From: Macrostomum lignano
Taxonomy: Eukaryota
Direction of reading: 5' to 3'
Length of the DNA: 64,000 nt
Assembly: GCA_002269645.1 (NCBI GenBank)
Contig: NIVC01000010.1
Coordinates: forward strand, 372,001-436,000
Position numbers and translations under genes: made by a program. Under the pieces are notes generated by a model. The model searched no databases, had not been told where the DNA came from, and worked only from the letters and a program-made list of their open reading frames with translations. Within the stretch, counting starts at the first letter, position 1. Each line of letters starts with the position of its first letter. Positions 25,001-36,210 of this stretch are shown here, piece after piece.

Positions 25001-26962
25001 GATGGTCCGCCTTCCTGGCTGGACGTTCGGACAGTCGGCGACTCGCTGCTGCCTCCAGGGGCTCCGTCTTTTTCTGTGGCCGCCCTGCCAAACGGCGGCC
25101 TAAATGTCACCAATTTGATTCAGCGGCCCTTTCTAGTGCAGTATCGTCGGCTACTACTGCCCGGCTCAAGTGTCGGCAGTAGTATAAATAGCGATTCTAC
25201 TAAGAAAGATTCGAATCGCTGGCTGGAGACCAGGCGCGAGAGCCGGCGCTCCTGGCTGCTGATTGACGGCCTCGAGCCCGGTGCGTGGTACGAGGTTCGC
25301 GTCGCCACTCCGGGCGGCGTAGCTTTCGCCAACTGGGCCCGGGTTCGAACCTCGGACCTTGGCGTTAACGCCGGCGTTGGCGACGACGATGGCGGAGACT
25401 CGGACGCCGCAGCCGCAGCCGCTGCTCTGTTGAATGGCCGCGGTGCCTGGCTGATCAGCCTCTGTCTGCTGCTTGTCGGCACCACCGCCTGCGTGGCCTG
25501 CCTGTGCGGCCTCCGGCGCCGGGCCGCCGCCGGTTCCTCGGCGCCGCGGCCAGCTGGCAGCGATGGTGCTGTACAGCGACCGGAGACTGAGGCTGAGCCC
25601 ATGGGCTTGCTGGCTGGCGAAGGTAGCTGGCTGGGGATATAGACTTGGGTTCTTTTTATCCCATCTACCTGGGTTCTAATTATCCCATCTGCCAGGATTC
25701 TAATTATCCCATCTACCTGGGCTCTAATTATCCCATCTACCTGGGCTCTAATTATCCCATCTATCTGGGTTCTAATTATCCCATCTACCTGGGTTCTAAT
25801 TATCCCATCTATCTGGGTTCTTTTTATCCCATCTACCTGGGTTCTTTTTATCCCATCTACCTGGGTTCTAATTATCCCATCTATCTGGGTTCTAATTATC
25901 CCATCTACCTGGGTTCTAATTATCCCATCTATCTGGGTTCTTTTTATCCCATCTACCTGGGTTCTTTTTATCCCATCTACCTGGGTTCTTTTTATCCCAT
26001 CTTCCTGGATTCTAATCATCCCATCTACCTGGATAACTAATTATCCCATCTTCCTGGATTCTAATTATCCCATCCATTGTATTCCAATCATCCTATTCCA
26101 CCTGCAACTGCAACCATGGCACACTCTTTACTTCAATTTCAACAAAATGTTTTATTTCAACTGTAAAATCAGAATTCCAAGATCCCAACTCATCTGCAAC
26201 TTCATTCTTCCGTGAACTTCCTCAACAGATCGCAACGGGGATGCCCATCGCTCATCTGGAGCCAGAGTGGCAGCTCGACAGTCTGCGACTGGCCGATTCG
26301 AAAACGAGTTTCCAAGGAGGCAACGAATGCTCGAATCCAATGGCCGCAGTCGGCAGGGTCGAGTTGAACTGCTTGAAGCTGCGTTGCTGGCGAATCACAG
26401 CAGAGGTTAGTTGGGGTCACAAGATTAGAGTAGATGGGTTACAGGGTTAGAGTAGATGGGATCACAGAATTAGAGTAGATGGGATCACAGGAATAGAGTA
26501 GATGGGGGTCACAGGATTCAAGTAGATGGGTCACAGGATTAGAGTAGATGGGGTTACAGGAAAAGAGTAGATGGGTCACAGGATTAGAGTAGATGGGGTT
26601 ACAGGAAAAGAGTAGATGGGTCACAGGATTAGAGTAGATGGGGTTACAGGAAAAGAGTAGATGGGGTTACAGGAAAAGAGTAGATGGGGTTACAGGAAAA
26701 GAGTAGATGGGTCACAGGATTCGAGTAGATGGGATCACAGGATTAGAGTAGATCTTAGGCTAAAACAGGATTTTTATACCAGTTTATACAGGATTCTCAC
26801 ACCTTTCCCCAAATGCACCTGTATATCTGTGCTAAAATTACAGATGTACGTGGAACTCAGCTTCCCAACAGGAAAACAACTCCGCAAGCAACTTCATCAA
26901 ATGCAGCATCATTGTCAAGCAGTGGCCCGTCATTTGCCTTCCCCTATCAGACTAGAGTCTAA
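16036..26962 (+). CDS. L1/neuroglian-family Ig-superfamily cell adhesion molecule (signal peptide, 6 Ig, 5 FN3, TM, tail ending QTRV), 1498 aa
   Basis: 12 GT-AG exons with consistent phases: 16036-16120, 16636-16833, 17028-17327, 17530-18006, 18723-19343, 20357-21089, 21936-22284, 22593-22811, 23274-23735, 24866-25622, 26229-26405, 26844-26962 (sum 4497 nt). Ig Cys/Trp patterns (VTLECGAFGDPPPNLVW, YRC, YQC, YAC) are present. The L1-type Ig2 motif RMGIDPSNGALLFASVRQSD...YRC, FN3 motifs (RVRALNLAG, YRVYLTART) and TM WLISLCLLLVGTTACVACLCGL are also present. The last two exons are less certain. Confidence 0.88.
16212..16590. repeat. 27-bp G-rich minisatellite (GGGGAGTGGGGTGTGTGTTCTGGGGTC)n, intron 1
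   Basis: About 14 units, each with three GGGG runs. Confidence 0.95.
18060..18330 (+). mobile_element. tRNA-derived SINE (family A)
   Basis: A box-like GTAGTCTAGTGG and B box-like GGCTCGATTCC. The body (CACAGTGAAGTGTACATGCCTAACGAT...GTTAGGGCCGCTGTACACTC) recurs inverted at ~50160-50460 and ~57500-57768. Confidence 0.7.
18337..18594 (+). mobile_element. Short copy of the hAT-like MITE family (3 units of CTCATTTTGGCGCCGCAG)
   Basis: Shares TTTTAAGAATCG..GCGCTCATTTT(A/G)GCGCCGCAG and G-run/C-run subtermini with 44533-49716. Confidence 0.65.
19345..20330. repeat. ~49-bp minisatellite with two unit variants
   Basis: CTCCGACTAGTGATGTACAATGAATCCAGTTCACCTCCGCTATAATCAT and variants; begins at the donor GTGAGCTCCGACTCC. 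Confidence 0.93.
21090..21900. repeat. 32-bp minisatellite (GTGTCAGTTAGTCTTTGTCATTGTAGGCTATC)n
   Basis: Begins at the donor itself (GTGAGTCTTTGTCATTGT). Confidence 0.95.
22310..22550. repeat. 21-bp minisatellite (CACCCACCTCACTCCGCTCTG)n
   Basis: Tandem units filling the intron 22285-22592. Confidence 0.9.
22825..23240. repeat. 24-bp minisatellite (AATGTGACGCTAATCCTGGCGCCA)n
   Basis: Tandem units filling the intron 22812-23273. Confidence 0.9.
23815..24835. repeat. Higher-order minisatellite: 44-bp unit (two diverged 22-mers) grading into 20-22-bp GCGCCAAACTAA units
   Basis: GAGGCACCAAACTAAGCTTTGA+GTGGCGCCAATCTAAGATATGA repeated, followed by CGCGCCAAACTAATCAGATA. Confidence 0.92.
25645..26090. 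repeat. 24-bp minisatellite (CTAATTATCCCATCTACCTGGGTT)n
   Basis: Tandem units starting ~22 nt after the donor at 25623. Confidence 0.93.
26410..26750. repeat. ~24-bp minisatellite (GATTAGAGTAGATGGGATCACAG)n
   Basis: Tandem units starting at the donor at 26406. Confidence 0.9.
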
Positions 26963-27559
26963 ATTAACGCTAGTAGTCTTATTTGCATATTTTAGTTAAA
27001 TTATACATTTTTTGACAATCAACTTTATAAAGCACAGTTTTATTTTATTTTATTTTATTTTAGCCCTTAATCAACAAGACAATCCATCCAAGTATTTGTA
27101 AATACGGCCGTCTATAGCATGGTAAATACCTTTTATCATATCAAAAAGTTTTTGAAAAAAAAGAAAATCTCGCTTTTTACTAACTTAACTACTGGTTATG
27201 AGTAGTTTTCGATTGTCTCCCTACTGCTGTTTTATAGTTTTTCTATCTACCATATCTATATTCCTAATCCAGCCTTTGAATTCATTCCGAAACATGCAAT
27301 CAACAGTTCCTTTTTCTAGTCACTTGTGAGTGCATTAGTGAGTTGCTATTTTTATTGAGCTATGCGATTTAAATGAATTTGTGTCTGCAAGTTAAACTCC
27401 GTATTGTATTTATAATTATGCTTTTTTAAGTCAAATACACAAATTTATTTAATGTTTTTTTCTGTAAATATCGTCTGCTTCATTGCTTGTCTATATTTAT
27501 ACTACTGCTAATTTGTAGTGTAAGTAGTATAAGAGGATGTTATAGCTATGTTTAAATAC

Positions 27560-28650
27560 AGAATGGGATCACAAAGTAGATTGCAGAATGGGATCAAAGT
27601 GGATAGGAGAATGGGATTATAGAGTGAATGTGAGAATGGGATCACAAAGTGGATGGGAGAATGGGATTATAGAGTGGATGGGAGAATGGGATCACAAATT
27701 AGATGGGAAAATGGGATCACAAAAATAGATGGGAGCATAGGATCACAAATTAGATGGGAGAATGGGATCACAAATTAGATGGGGGAATGGGATCACAAAT
27801 TAGATGGGAGAATGGGATCACAAATTAGATGGGAGAATGGGATCACAAATTAGATGGGAGAATGGGATCACAAATTAGATGGGAGAATGGGATCACAAAT
27901 TAGATGGGAGAATGGGATCACAAATTAGATGGGAGAATGGGATCACAAATTAGATGGGGGAATGGGATCACAAATTAGATGGGGGAATGGGATCACAAAT
28001 TAGATGGGAGCATAGAATCACAAATTAGATAGGGGAATGGGATCACAAATTAGATGGGAGAATGGGATCACAAATTAGATGGGAGAATGGGATCACAAAT
28101 TAGATGGGAGAATGGGATCACAAATTAGATGGGAGAATGGGGTCACAAATTAGATAGGAGAATGGGATCACAAAGTGGATGGGGGAATGGGATTATAGAG
28201 TGGATGGGACAATGGGATCACAAATTAGATAGGAGAATGGGATCACAAAGTGGATGGGGGAATGGGATCAGTGGGAGAACGGGATCACAAAGTGGATGGG
28301 GGAATGGGATCAGTGGGAGAACGGGATCACAAATTAGATGGGAGAATGGGATCACAAATTAGATAGGAGAATGGGATCACAAAGTGGATGGGGGAATGGG
28401 ATCAGTGGGAGAACGGGATCACAAAGTGGATGGGGGAATGGGATCAGTGGGAGAACGGGATCACAAATTAGATGGGAGAATGGGATCACAAATTAGATAG
28501 GAGAATGGGATCACAAAGTGGATGGGGGAATGGGATCAGTGGGAGAACGGGATCACAAATTAGATGGGAGAATGGGATCACAAAGTAGATTGCAGAATGG
28601 GATCAAAGTGGATAGGAGAATGGGATTATAGAGTGGATGGGAGAATGGGA
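27560..28650. repeat. 25-bp intergenic minisatellite (AATGGGATCACAAATTAGATGGGAG)n
   Basis: Tandem units between the adhesion gene and the DHHC gene. Confidence 0.93.
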
Positions 28651-28764
28651 TCCAAGCTCTTGAATTTATGCTTGAGACCAAGCTACAAAATAGGGTTCAC
28701 GCATATTCATACTAGTGCGGGATCTCACTAGATTCCTGAACGTACATAGCACAGTTCATTCCCG

Positions 28765-31700
28765 ATGCCCGCAGCTGCAGCAAGGGCAGCATCAGCACCC
28801 ACTCGCTCATCAGTCATGGCCGGCGCCATCATGGACTCATTCTACGAAGTGTACAAAACTGCAGCCAACGAGATGGGCCTTCGGGATCGGAACTGGAAGC
28901 AGGAGAAATTCTTTCATCCGCCTGGAGTTGCCGATAGTCAGGTTGACCAGGCGGCCAGCCAGCACGGGCACAGCCACGGCCCCGATGGAGCCTGCCCTTC
29001 CACAGCCGGCAACTCCCACAGTCAGCAGCCCCTGCTGCCGCTGCCGCCGCCGCCGCCGCCAAAGACAATATTCGACGCGGCGAGAAATAACGACATGCAG
29101 TTCCTGCGCTCGGCTGCAGTTGACGGCATCGAAGGTCTGGCAGTCAGGGACTCGTCCGGCCACACGGTGGCTCACTGGGCCTGCCTACACGGTCACCTGG
29201 ATGTTGTCGCCTACCTAGCGGAGGTCAGCTCCAATAGCAAAGGCGTCATTAACCTTTGCCATCGTGCTAGCAGTCACGAACTGGCGCAGTACCCGATTCA
29301 CTGGGCCTGCGTGAACGGTCACGTGCCAGTTGTTGAATTCCTGCTCGACCGCTGCTCGGTTGATATCGACGTTCGCGATGCCAAAGGCGCCACGCCGCTG
29401 ATTATCGCCTGCCAATACGGCCAGACTGTGACGGCCGGCTACCTGCTCAGCAGGGGGGCGAATCGAACCAGCGCCGGCGACAACGAAGGCGACACGCCGT
29501 TGCACTGGGCCGCGTTCAAAGGCCAGCCGGACCTCATGCGCCTGCTGGTGTACTCCGGCTTCAACCCGCACCAGAGGGACGCCTTCGGCCAGACGCCGCT
29601 GCACTTGGCCAGCATTGCTGGAAACATTAACGCTGTCAGGGACCTGTGCCGGGTGGACAAGGTCAGCATGGACTGTCGATCCTCCCGCATGCTTTCAACC
29701 AACACTCACTGCGAATTTCACTTTCATGACTCCTGAGGTGGAGGGTGTGTGACTCCTGAGGTAGAGGGTGTGTGACTCCTGAGGTGGATTGGGTGTGACT
29801 TCTGAGGTGGATTTGGTGTGACTCCTGAGGTGGAGGGTGTGTGACTCCTGAGGTGGAGGGTGTGTGACTCCTGAGGTGGAGGGTGTGTGACTCCTGAGGT
29901 GGAGGATGTGTGACTCCTGAGGTGGATTGGGTGTGACTTCTGAGGTGGATTGGGTGTGACTTCTGAGGTGGATTGGGTGTGACTCCTGAGGTGGATGGGG
30001 TGTGACTCCTGAGGTAGAGGGTGTGACTCCTGAGGTGGATTGGGTGTGACTTCTGAGGTGGATTGGGTGTGACTCCTGAGGTGGAGGGTGTGTGACTCCT
30101 GAGGTGGAGGGTGTGTGACTCCTGAGGTGGATTGGGTGTGACTCCTGAGGTGGATTGAGTGTGACTCCTGAGGTGGATTGGGTGTGACTCCTGAGGTGGA
30201 TTGGGTGTGACTCCTGAGGTCGATGGGGTGTGACTCCTGAGGTGGATTGGGTGTGACTCCTGAGGTGGAGGGTGTGTGACTCCTGAGGTGGATGGGGTGT
30301 GACTCCTGAGGTGGATTGGGTGTGACTCCTGAGGTGGATTGGGTGTGACTCCTGAGGTGGATAGGGTGTGACACCTGAGGTCGATGGGTGTTGACACCTG
30401 AGGTGGATGGGTGTTGACATCTGAGGTGGAGGGTGTTGACTCCTGAGGTGGATTGGGTGTGACTCCTGAGGTGGATTGGGTGTGACTCCTGAGGTGGATT
30501 GGGTGTGACACCTGAGGTGGATGGGTGTACACATCTGAGGTGGAGGGTGTTGACACCTGAGGTGGATGGGTGTGACACCTGAGGTGGATGGGTGTTGACA
30601 CCTGAGGTGGAGGGTGTTGACTCCTGAGGTGGATAGGGTGTGACACCTGAGGTGGATGGGTGTTGACATCTGAGGTGGATAGGGTGTGACACCTGAGGTG
30701 GATGGGTGTTGACATCTGAGGTGGAGGGTGTTGACACCTGAGGTGGATGGGTGTTGACACCTGAGGTGGATGGGTGTTGACATCTGAGGTGGAGGGTGTT
30801 GATACCTGAGGTGGATGGGTGTTGACACCTGAGGTGGAGGTTGACTCAATCCCCAGCCCGTCCCCATGCTGCCCCGCAGGTTGAGCTGAACGTGGCGGAC
30901 AAGAACGGCAAGACGCCGCTGATGCTGGCAGCCGGCCGCAGGCACGATCAGGTTGAGCGCTTCCTCAAGGCCGAGATTCGATCCCGAGCCTCCATGCTCG
31001 GCGCCCGGTTCCGCTGGAGTCACCTGATATTCGGGCCGCCCGGCAACAGCAAAGCTCCCATGCTGTTCCTGCTGTTCTGCATACTGGTTTGGGGCTATCC
31101 GACCTACGTGAGCAAAGCCGTGCCGCTCACCTTTCACCTGTTCCCCTGGCTGCACTGGGCTTTCCTATTGCTCAACGCGTTGATGTGGTTCGCTTTCTAT
31201 CACGCCAACACCTCAGATCCGGGATTCTTGCCGAGGAATGTCCCAGAATACGATAGGGCTATCCAGCAGGCCGGGGTGAACTCTGCCGATATCGGCTTGG
31301 GCCGGATGGGCAACCCGTTAGAGAGGCTGTGCCACACCTGCCGCTGCGTGAAACCTGTTCGAGCTAAGCACTGCCGAGTGTGCGATCGCTGCGTGTTAGA
31401 GATGGACCATCACTGCCCGTACATCTACAACTGCATTGGCAAGAATAATAGGTATGCTGCAGTGCGGGGTGTTATGATTAGTTAGTGTCATTCCAAGGTG
31501 TTATGATGATATAGAGTTATGCAAGATGTTATGATCAGATAGTGTTATGTAAGATGTTATGCTCAGTTAGTGTTATTCCTAGATGTTATGATCAGTTAGT
31601 GTTATGATCAGATAGTGTTATGCAAGGGTGTTATGATCAGTTAGTGTTATGCAAGGGTGTTATGATCAGTTAGTGTTATGCAAGGGTGTTATGATCAGAT

Positions 31701-34700
31701 AGTGTTATGCAAGGTGTGTTATGATCAGATAGTGTTATGCAAGGTGTGTTATGATCAGATAGTGTTATGCAAGGTGTGTTATGATCAGATAGTGTTATGC
31801 AAGGTGTGTTATGATCAGATAGTGTTATGCAAGGTGTGTTATGATCAGTTAGTGTTATGCAAGGTGTGTTATGATCAGATAGTGCTATGCAAGGTGTGTT
31901 ATGATCAGTTAGTGTTATGCAAGGTGTGTTATGATCAGATAGTGTTATGCAAGTTGTGTTACGCTAGGTTATTTTTGGAAAACTTTTCATCCTTTTTTCT
32001 TTTAACTATGCTCGTAAATTTTTAAATCTCTGCAAGCCGCTAGCTGAAACACATTGCCGTTAATAAATCTTATTCTGTTCAAAGATTTGCATTCGCCGTA
32101 TTATCTGTCACGCTGATGACGCTGGGCGGCATGACCATGGTGCTGGCCGCAGCCACCCTCTGGCTTGGCGGCATGGACTGGATTGTCCTGCTTGGCACCG
32201 TCATTGCCACGTTCGGTCTGACTGTTGGCTCCGTTGTGTCCTCCTGTGTGGTGAGACCGCCTGGCTGCCCTGTTCAGGGGAAGAGAGGGGTGCAGTTAGG
32301 AGTGGGCTGTGGATAGGGAGCTAAACAGGGAATGGAGAGACAGGGAGAAGGGAGGGAAGGGCAGAAGAAGGGATAGAAGGGGAGAAGAAGGGAGAGAAGG
32401 GGAGAAGAAGGGAGAGAAGGGGAGAAGAAGGGAGAGAAGGGGAGAAGAAGGGAGAGAAGGGGAGAAGAAGGGATAGAAGGGGAGAAGAAGGGATAGAAGG
32501 GGAGAAGAAGGGAGAGAAGGGGAGAAGAAGGGAGAGAAGGGGAGAAGAAGGGAGAGAAGGGGAGAAGAAGGGAGTGACAGGGAGAAAATGGAAGAGACAG
32601 GGAGAGAAGGGGAGGGAAGGGGAGAAGTAGGGAGCATGAAAGAGACAAAGGGAGCTCAGCGAGAGCCACTGATTAGGTAAAAGTCTCAATTAGGATTAAG
32701 GAATATTTGCAGCTTTAGCAATATTCAGCTGAAAATCTTGCTTCAAGTTTCAAGCAGTGCCGTTAATTTGTGCGCGTTTCTGCCAGATTTCGATAAAAAT
32801 TCTGCATTTTTACCCCACCCCCCCTTAACTAATTGTGGCAGTGGGTACTCATACCTGCATTTTGAGTTTAGAAAATACTCGTTTGGCATATTTGACATAA
32901 CAACTATTTTTGGCATGTTTTGCTTTTCTTTTTTGTGCTGCATTTGTTGATACGCCAAATGTTTTTCTATAAATGTCTATTTAGCTTAAATTGACTTTTT
33001 TAATTAATCTGGTATTCGTACGTATTGCTGTTCAAGTTCTGAATTTCCCTTTTCTGTTACATCCTTCACTTCTAACTCTCTTTCACTTTAAATAATCCCT
33101 TCACTCCTACTTCCCTTCATCCCTCCTTCCCTTCATCTCCACTTCCCTTCATCCCCCACTTCCCTTCATCCCCCACTTCCCTTCATCCCCCACTTCCCTT
33201 CATCCCCCACTTCCCTTCATCCTGCTTCCCTTTATCCCCCACTTCCCTTCATCCCTCTTTCCCTTCATCCCCCACTTCCCTTCATCCCTCTTTCCCTTCA
33301 TCCCCACTTCCCTTCATCAATACTACCCTTCATCGCTCTGCCCTCTCAATTGCCCATTACTGCGTCTCAATATGCTTTGTTATGTTATCGGCAAAGTATT
33401 AATTTATGTTACACAACGCCAAAGTAGCAGTGTTTTCATATTAATCTATCCCCTACATTGCTGCCTCCCCACCAACCCGGCACGCTGCCCTCGCAGACAC
33501 AGCTTTCTGTTGTTCACAACATTTATAACAGCGGCCGGAGTTCTGTCGCTGCTTATTACATATGTTGTGTGGCGCGTCGAAGGCTCCCCAGCGCGCTATC
33601 ACTATTTAATTGGCGTAGTGCTCCAGATGGCATTTGGCGCGCTGCTATTAGTATTGAATCCTTTTGGCGTAAGAGATTCGTGTACTCGCCTTGACTTGCG
33701 TCTTCTTTTGCATTATTGATTTTTTTGCTTCTGCAATGTGTTTCCTTTGTCCCATTACAAGTTTCTATCACTCTATACAGCCCCATAATCCAAGTATAAA
33801 AACCCCAGCCAGACCCCTCCCTCACCCCAGTGTACACACTGGCCCCAGCCAGTCCCCTCCCTCACTCCAGTGTACACACTGGCCCCAGCCAGTCCCCTCC
33901 CTCACTCCAGTGTACACACTGGCCCCAGCCAGTCCCCTCCCTCACTCCAGTGTACACACTGGCCCCAGCCAGTCCCCTCCCTCACTCCAGTGTACACACT
34001 GGCCCCAGCCAGTCCCCTCCCTCACTCCAGTGTACACACTGGCCCCAGCCAGTCCCCTCCCTCACTCCAGTGTACACACTGGCCCCAGCCAGTCCCCTCC
34101 CTCACTCCAGTGTACACACTGGCCCCAGCCAGTCCCCTCCCTCACTCCAGTGTACACACTGGCCCCAGCCAGTCCCCTCCCTCACTCCAGTGTACACACT
34201 GGCCCCAGCCAGTCCCCTCCCTCACTCCAGTGTACACACTGGCCCCAGCCAGTCCCCTCCCTCACTCCAGTGTACACACTGGCCCCAGCCAGTCCCCTCC
34301 CTCACTCCAGTGTACACACTGGCCCCAGCCAGTTCCCTTCCTAACCGCAGTGTACACACTGGCCCCAGCCAGTCCCCTCCCTCACTCCAGTGTACACACT
34401 GGCCCCAGCCAGTTCCCTTCCTAACCGCAGTGTACACCTGACCCCAGCCAGTCCCCTCCCTCACTCCAGTGTACACACTGGCCCCAGCCAGTCCCCTCCC
34501 TCACTCCAGTGTACACACTGGCCCCAGCCAGTCCCCTCCCTCACTCCAGTGTACACACTGGCCCCAGCCAGTTCCCTTCCTAACCGCAGTGTACACACTG
34601 GCCCCAGCCAGTCCCCTCCCTCACTCCAGTGTACACACTGGCCCCAGCCAGTTCCCTTCCTAACCGCAGTGTACACACTGGCCCCAGCCAGTCCCCTCCC

Positions 34701-35248
34701 TCACTCCAGTGTACACACTGGCCCCAGCCAGTTCCCTTCCTAACCGCAGTGTACACCTGACCCCAGCCAGTCCCCTTCCTAACCACAGTGTACACATTAC
34801 CTTTTGTAATACTTGTTCAATGTGATTCTATTTGCCTGTTTTTTCAATTCCATGTGAGTTTTTTCATAGAGATAATTTAAGCACAGTATTCCGATTCCTG
34901 GCAGAAAGGCACAAATTCACTGCACCTTTTTTGCACTTTTCTTAAAGCTTGAAGCAAATTTGTACTACTTAGTATCTAGATATAAGTAGCTAAAGTAGGA
35001 CAATGCTAGATTTAATTATTTTCCTGCCTAATAATCTTCAGTGGTACCACGCCGCAATCAACATGACCACAAACGAGAGCATGAACAAGAAGCGCTACAC
35101 CTACTTGAAAGATTCAAATGGCAATTTCCGCAATCCGTTCGATCGCGGCATCGTTAATAATCTATTGGAGTTCTGTCACATGAGATCGCCCAGGTATACG
35201 GCGCATGAACTGTCCGAAATCAAGTGTCCGTCGCATATGATGGTGTGA
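28765..35248 (+). CDS. Ankyrin-repeat DHHC protein S-acyltransferase (HIP14/ZDHHC17/Patsas-type)
   Basis: Exons 28765 (or ATG 28816)-29661, 30880-31451, then 32085-32250 OR 33497-33668, then 35042-35248. Ankyrin repeats GHTVAHWAC, QYPIHWAC, GATPLIIAC, GDTPLHWAA, GQTPLHLAS, GKTPLMLAA. Catalytic CHTC..KPVRAKHCRVCDRCVLEMDHHCPYIYNCIGKNN. TTxE (MTTNE) and NPFDRGIVNNLLEF (PaCCT-like) are in the last exon. Confidence 0.93.
29722..30840. repeat. ~23-25-bp minisatellite (GTGTGACTCCTGAGGTGGATTGG)n
   Basis: Tandem units filling DHHC intron 1. Confidence 0.95.
31490..31965. repeat. 30-bp minisatellite (GTTATGATCAGATAGTGTTATGCAAGGTGT)n
   Basis: Tandem units in DHHC intron 2. Confidence 0.93.
32330..33335. 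repeat. GA-rich array (32330-32660) and CT-rich array (33100-33335) between the two alternative exons
   Basis: AGAAGGGGAGAAGAAGGGAG units, then CCCCCACTTCCCTTCAT units. Confidence 0.9.
33497..33668 (+). CDS. Alternative (mutually exclusive) TM3-TM4 exon of the DHHC gene
   Basis: CCTCGCAG| acceptor and |GTAAGA donor. 172 nt, phase 2 to 0, identical phases to 32085-32250. Reads (R)HSFLLFTTFITAAGVLSLLITYVVWRVEGSPARYHYLIGVVLQMAFGALLLVLNPFG. Confidence 0.78.
33800..34800. repeat. 40-bp minisatellite (CAGTGTACACACTGGCCCCAGCCAGTCCCCTCCCTCACTC)n
   Basis: About 24 near-perfect units. Confidence 0.95.
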
Positions 35249-35419
35249 TGCTTGTTGTTGAACTTGACTCAATCAGTACCGTTACTATAAGTAGTATGAA
35301 CTGCTTGCTCGGATTTATGGAATTTTCATTAGAAAATTTACCTTACTTTTATAACTTGATACATCAATAGATTTCTCATTAATAATATGTTGAGTCAGTT
35401 TTTTGACCACCTTGTCGCT

Positions 35420-36210
35420 TCCTTTTTCCGTTCCTTCCCTGCCCTCCCTTTCCCTTCCCTCTCCCTCCCTCTCTCTTTCTCTCTGTCATTCTCTCTCTCC
35501 CTCTCCCTCCCTCTCCCTCTGCCTCCCTTCCCTCTCCCTCCCTCTCTCTTTCTCTCTCTCATTCTCCCTCTCTCCCTCTGCCTCCCTTCCCTCTCCCTCC
35601 CTCTCTCTTTCTCTCTCTCATTCTCCCTCTCTCCCTCTCCCTCCCTCTCCCTCTGCCTCCCTTCCCTCTCCCTCCCTCTCTCTCTGCCTCCCTTCCCTCT
35701 CCCTCCCTCTCTCTTTCTCTCTCTCATTCTCCCTCTCTCCCTCTCCCTCCCTCTCCCTCTGCCTCCCTTCCCTCTCCCTCCCTCTCTCTCTGCCTCCCTT
35801 CCCTCTCCCTCCCTCTCTCTTTCTCTCTCTCCCTATACCTTTCTCCCTCTCCCTCCCTCTCCCTTTCCCTCTCTCTTTCTCCCTCTCTCCCTCTCCCTCC
35901 TTCTCCCTCTGCCTCTCTCCCTCTCTCCCTCTCTCCCTCTCCCCCCCTTCCTTTTCCTCTCTCCCTCTCTCCCTCTCTCTCCCTCTCCTTCTCTCCCTGT
36001 CTCACCTTCCCTCCTCCTACTTCCCTGACGAAGAGTAACTTAACTCCAACTATCAGCAACTTAAACTAAATAATCTTCTATTAATCCTTTCACCTTGTCA
36101 GCGCTTGAAATTGGAGGCGCCCTCCACTCTGCCCCTCGCCTTCTCTCCCTTCCTTCTTTCCTCACTTCTCCTCTTCCCTCTCCCCCTACCTCCCCTTCTT
36201 CTCCCTTCTC
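35420..36210. repeat. CT-rich low-complexity tract
   Basis: Polypyrimidine sequence downstream of the DHHC stop. Confidence 0.9.

Noticed and set aside
9915-36059. Many long track ORFs with periodic peptides (e.g. 12660-14054, 29695-31155, 33691-34344, 9915-10685, 35387-36028)
   Set aside because: They are translations of stop-poor minisatellites or GA/CT tracts lying in introns or flanks; several overlap in multiple frames and on both strands.
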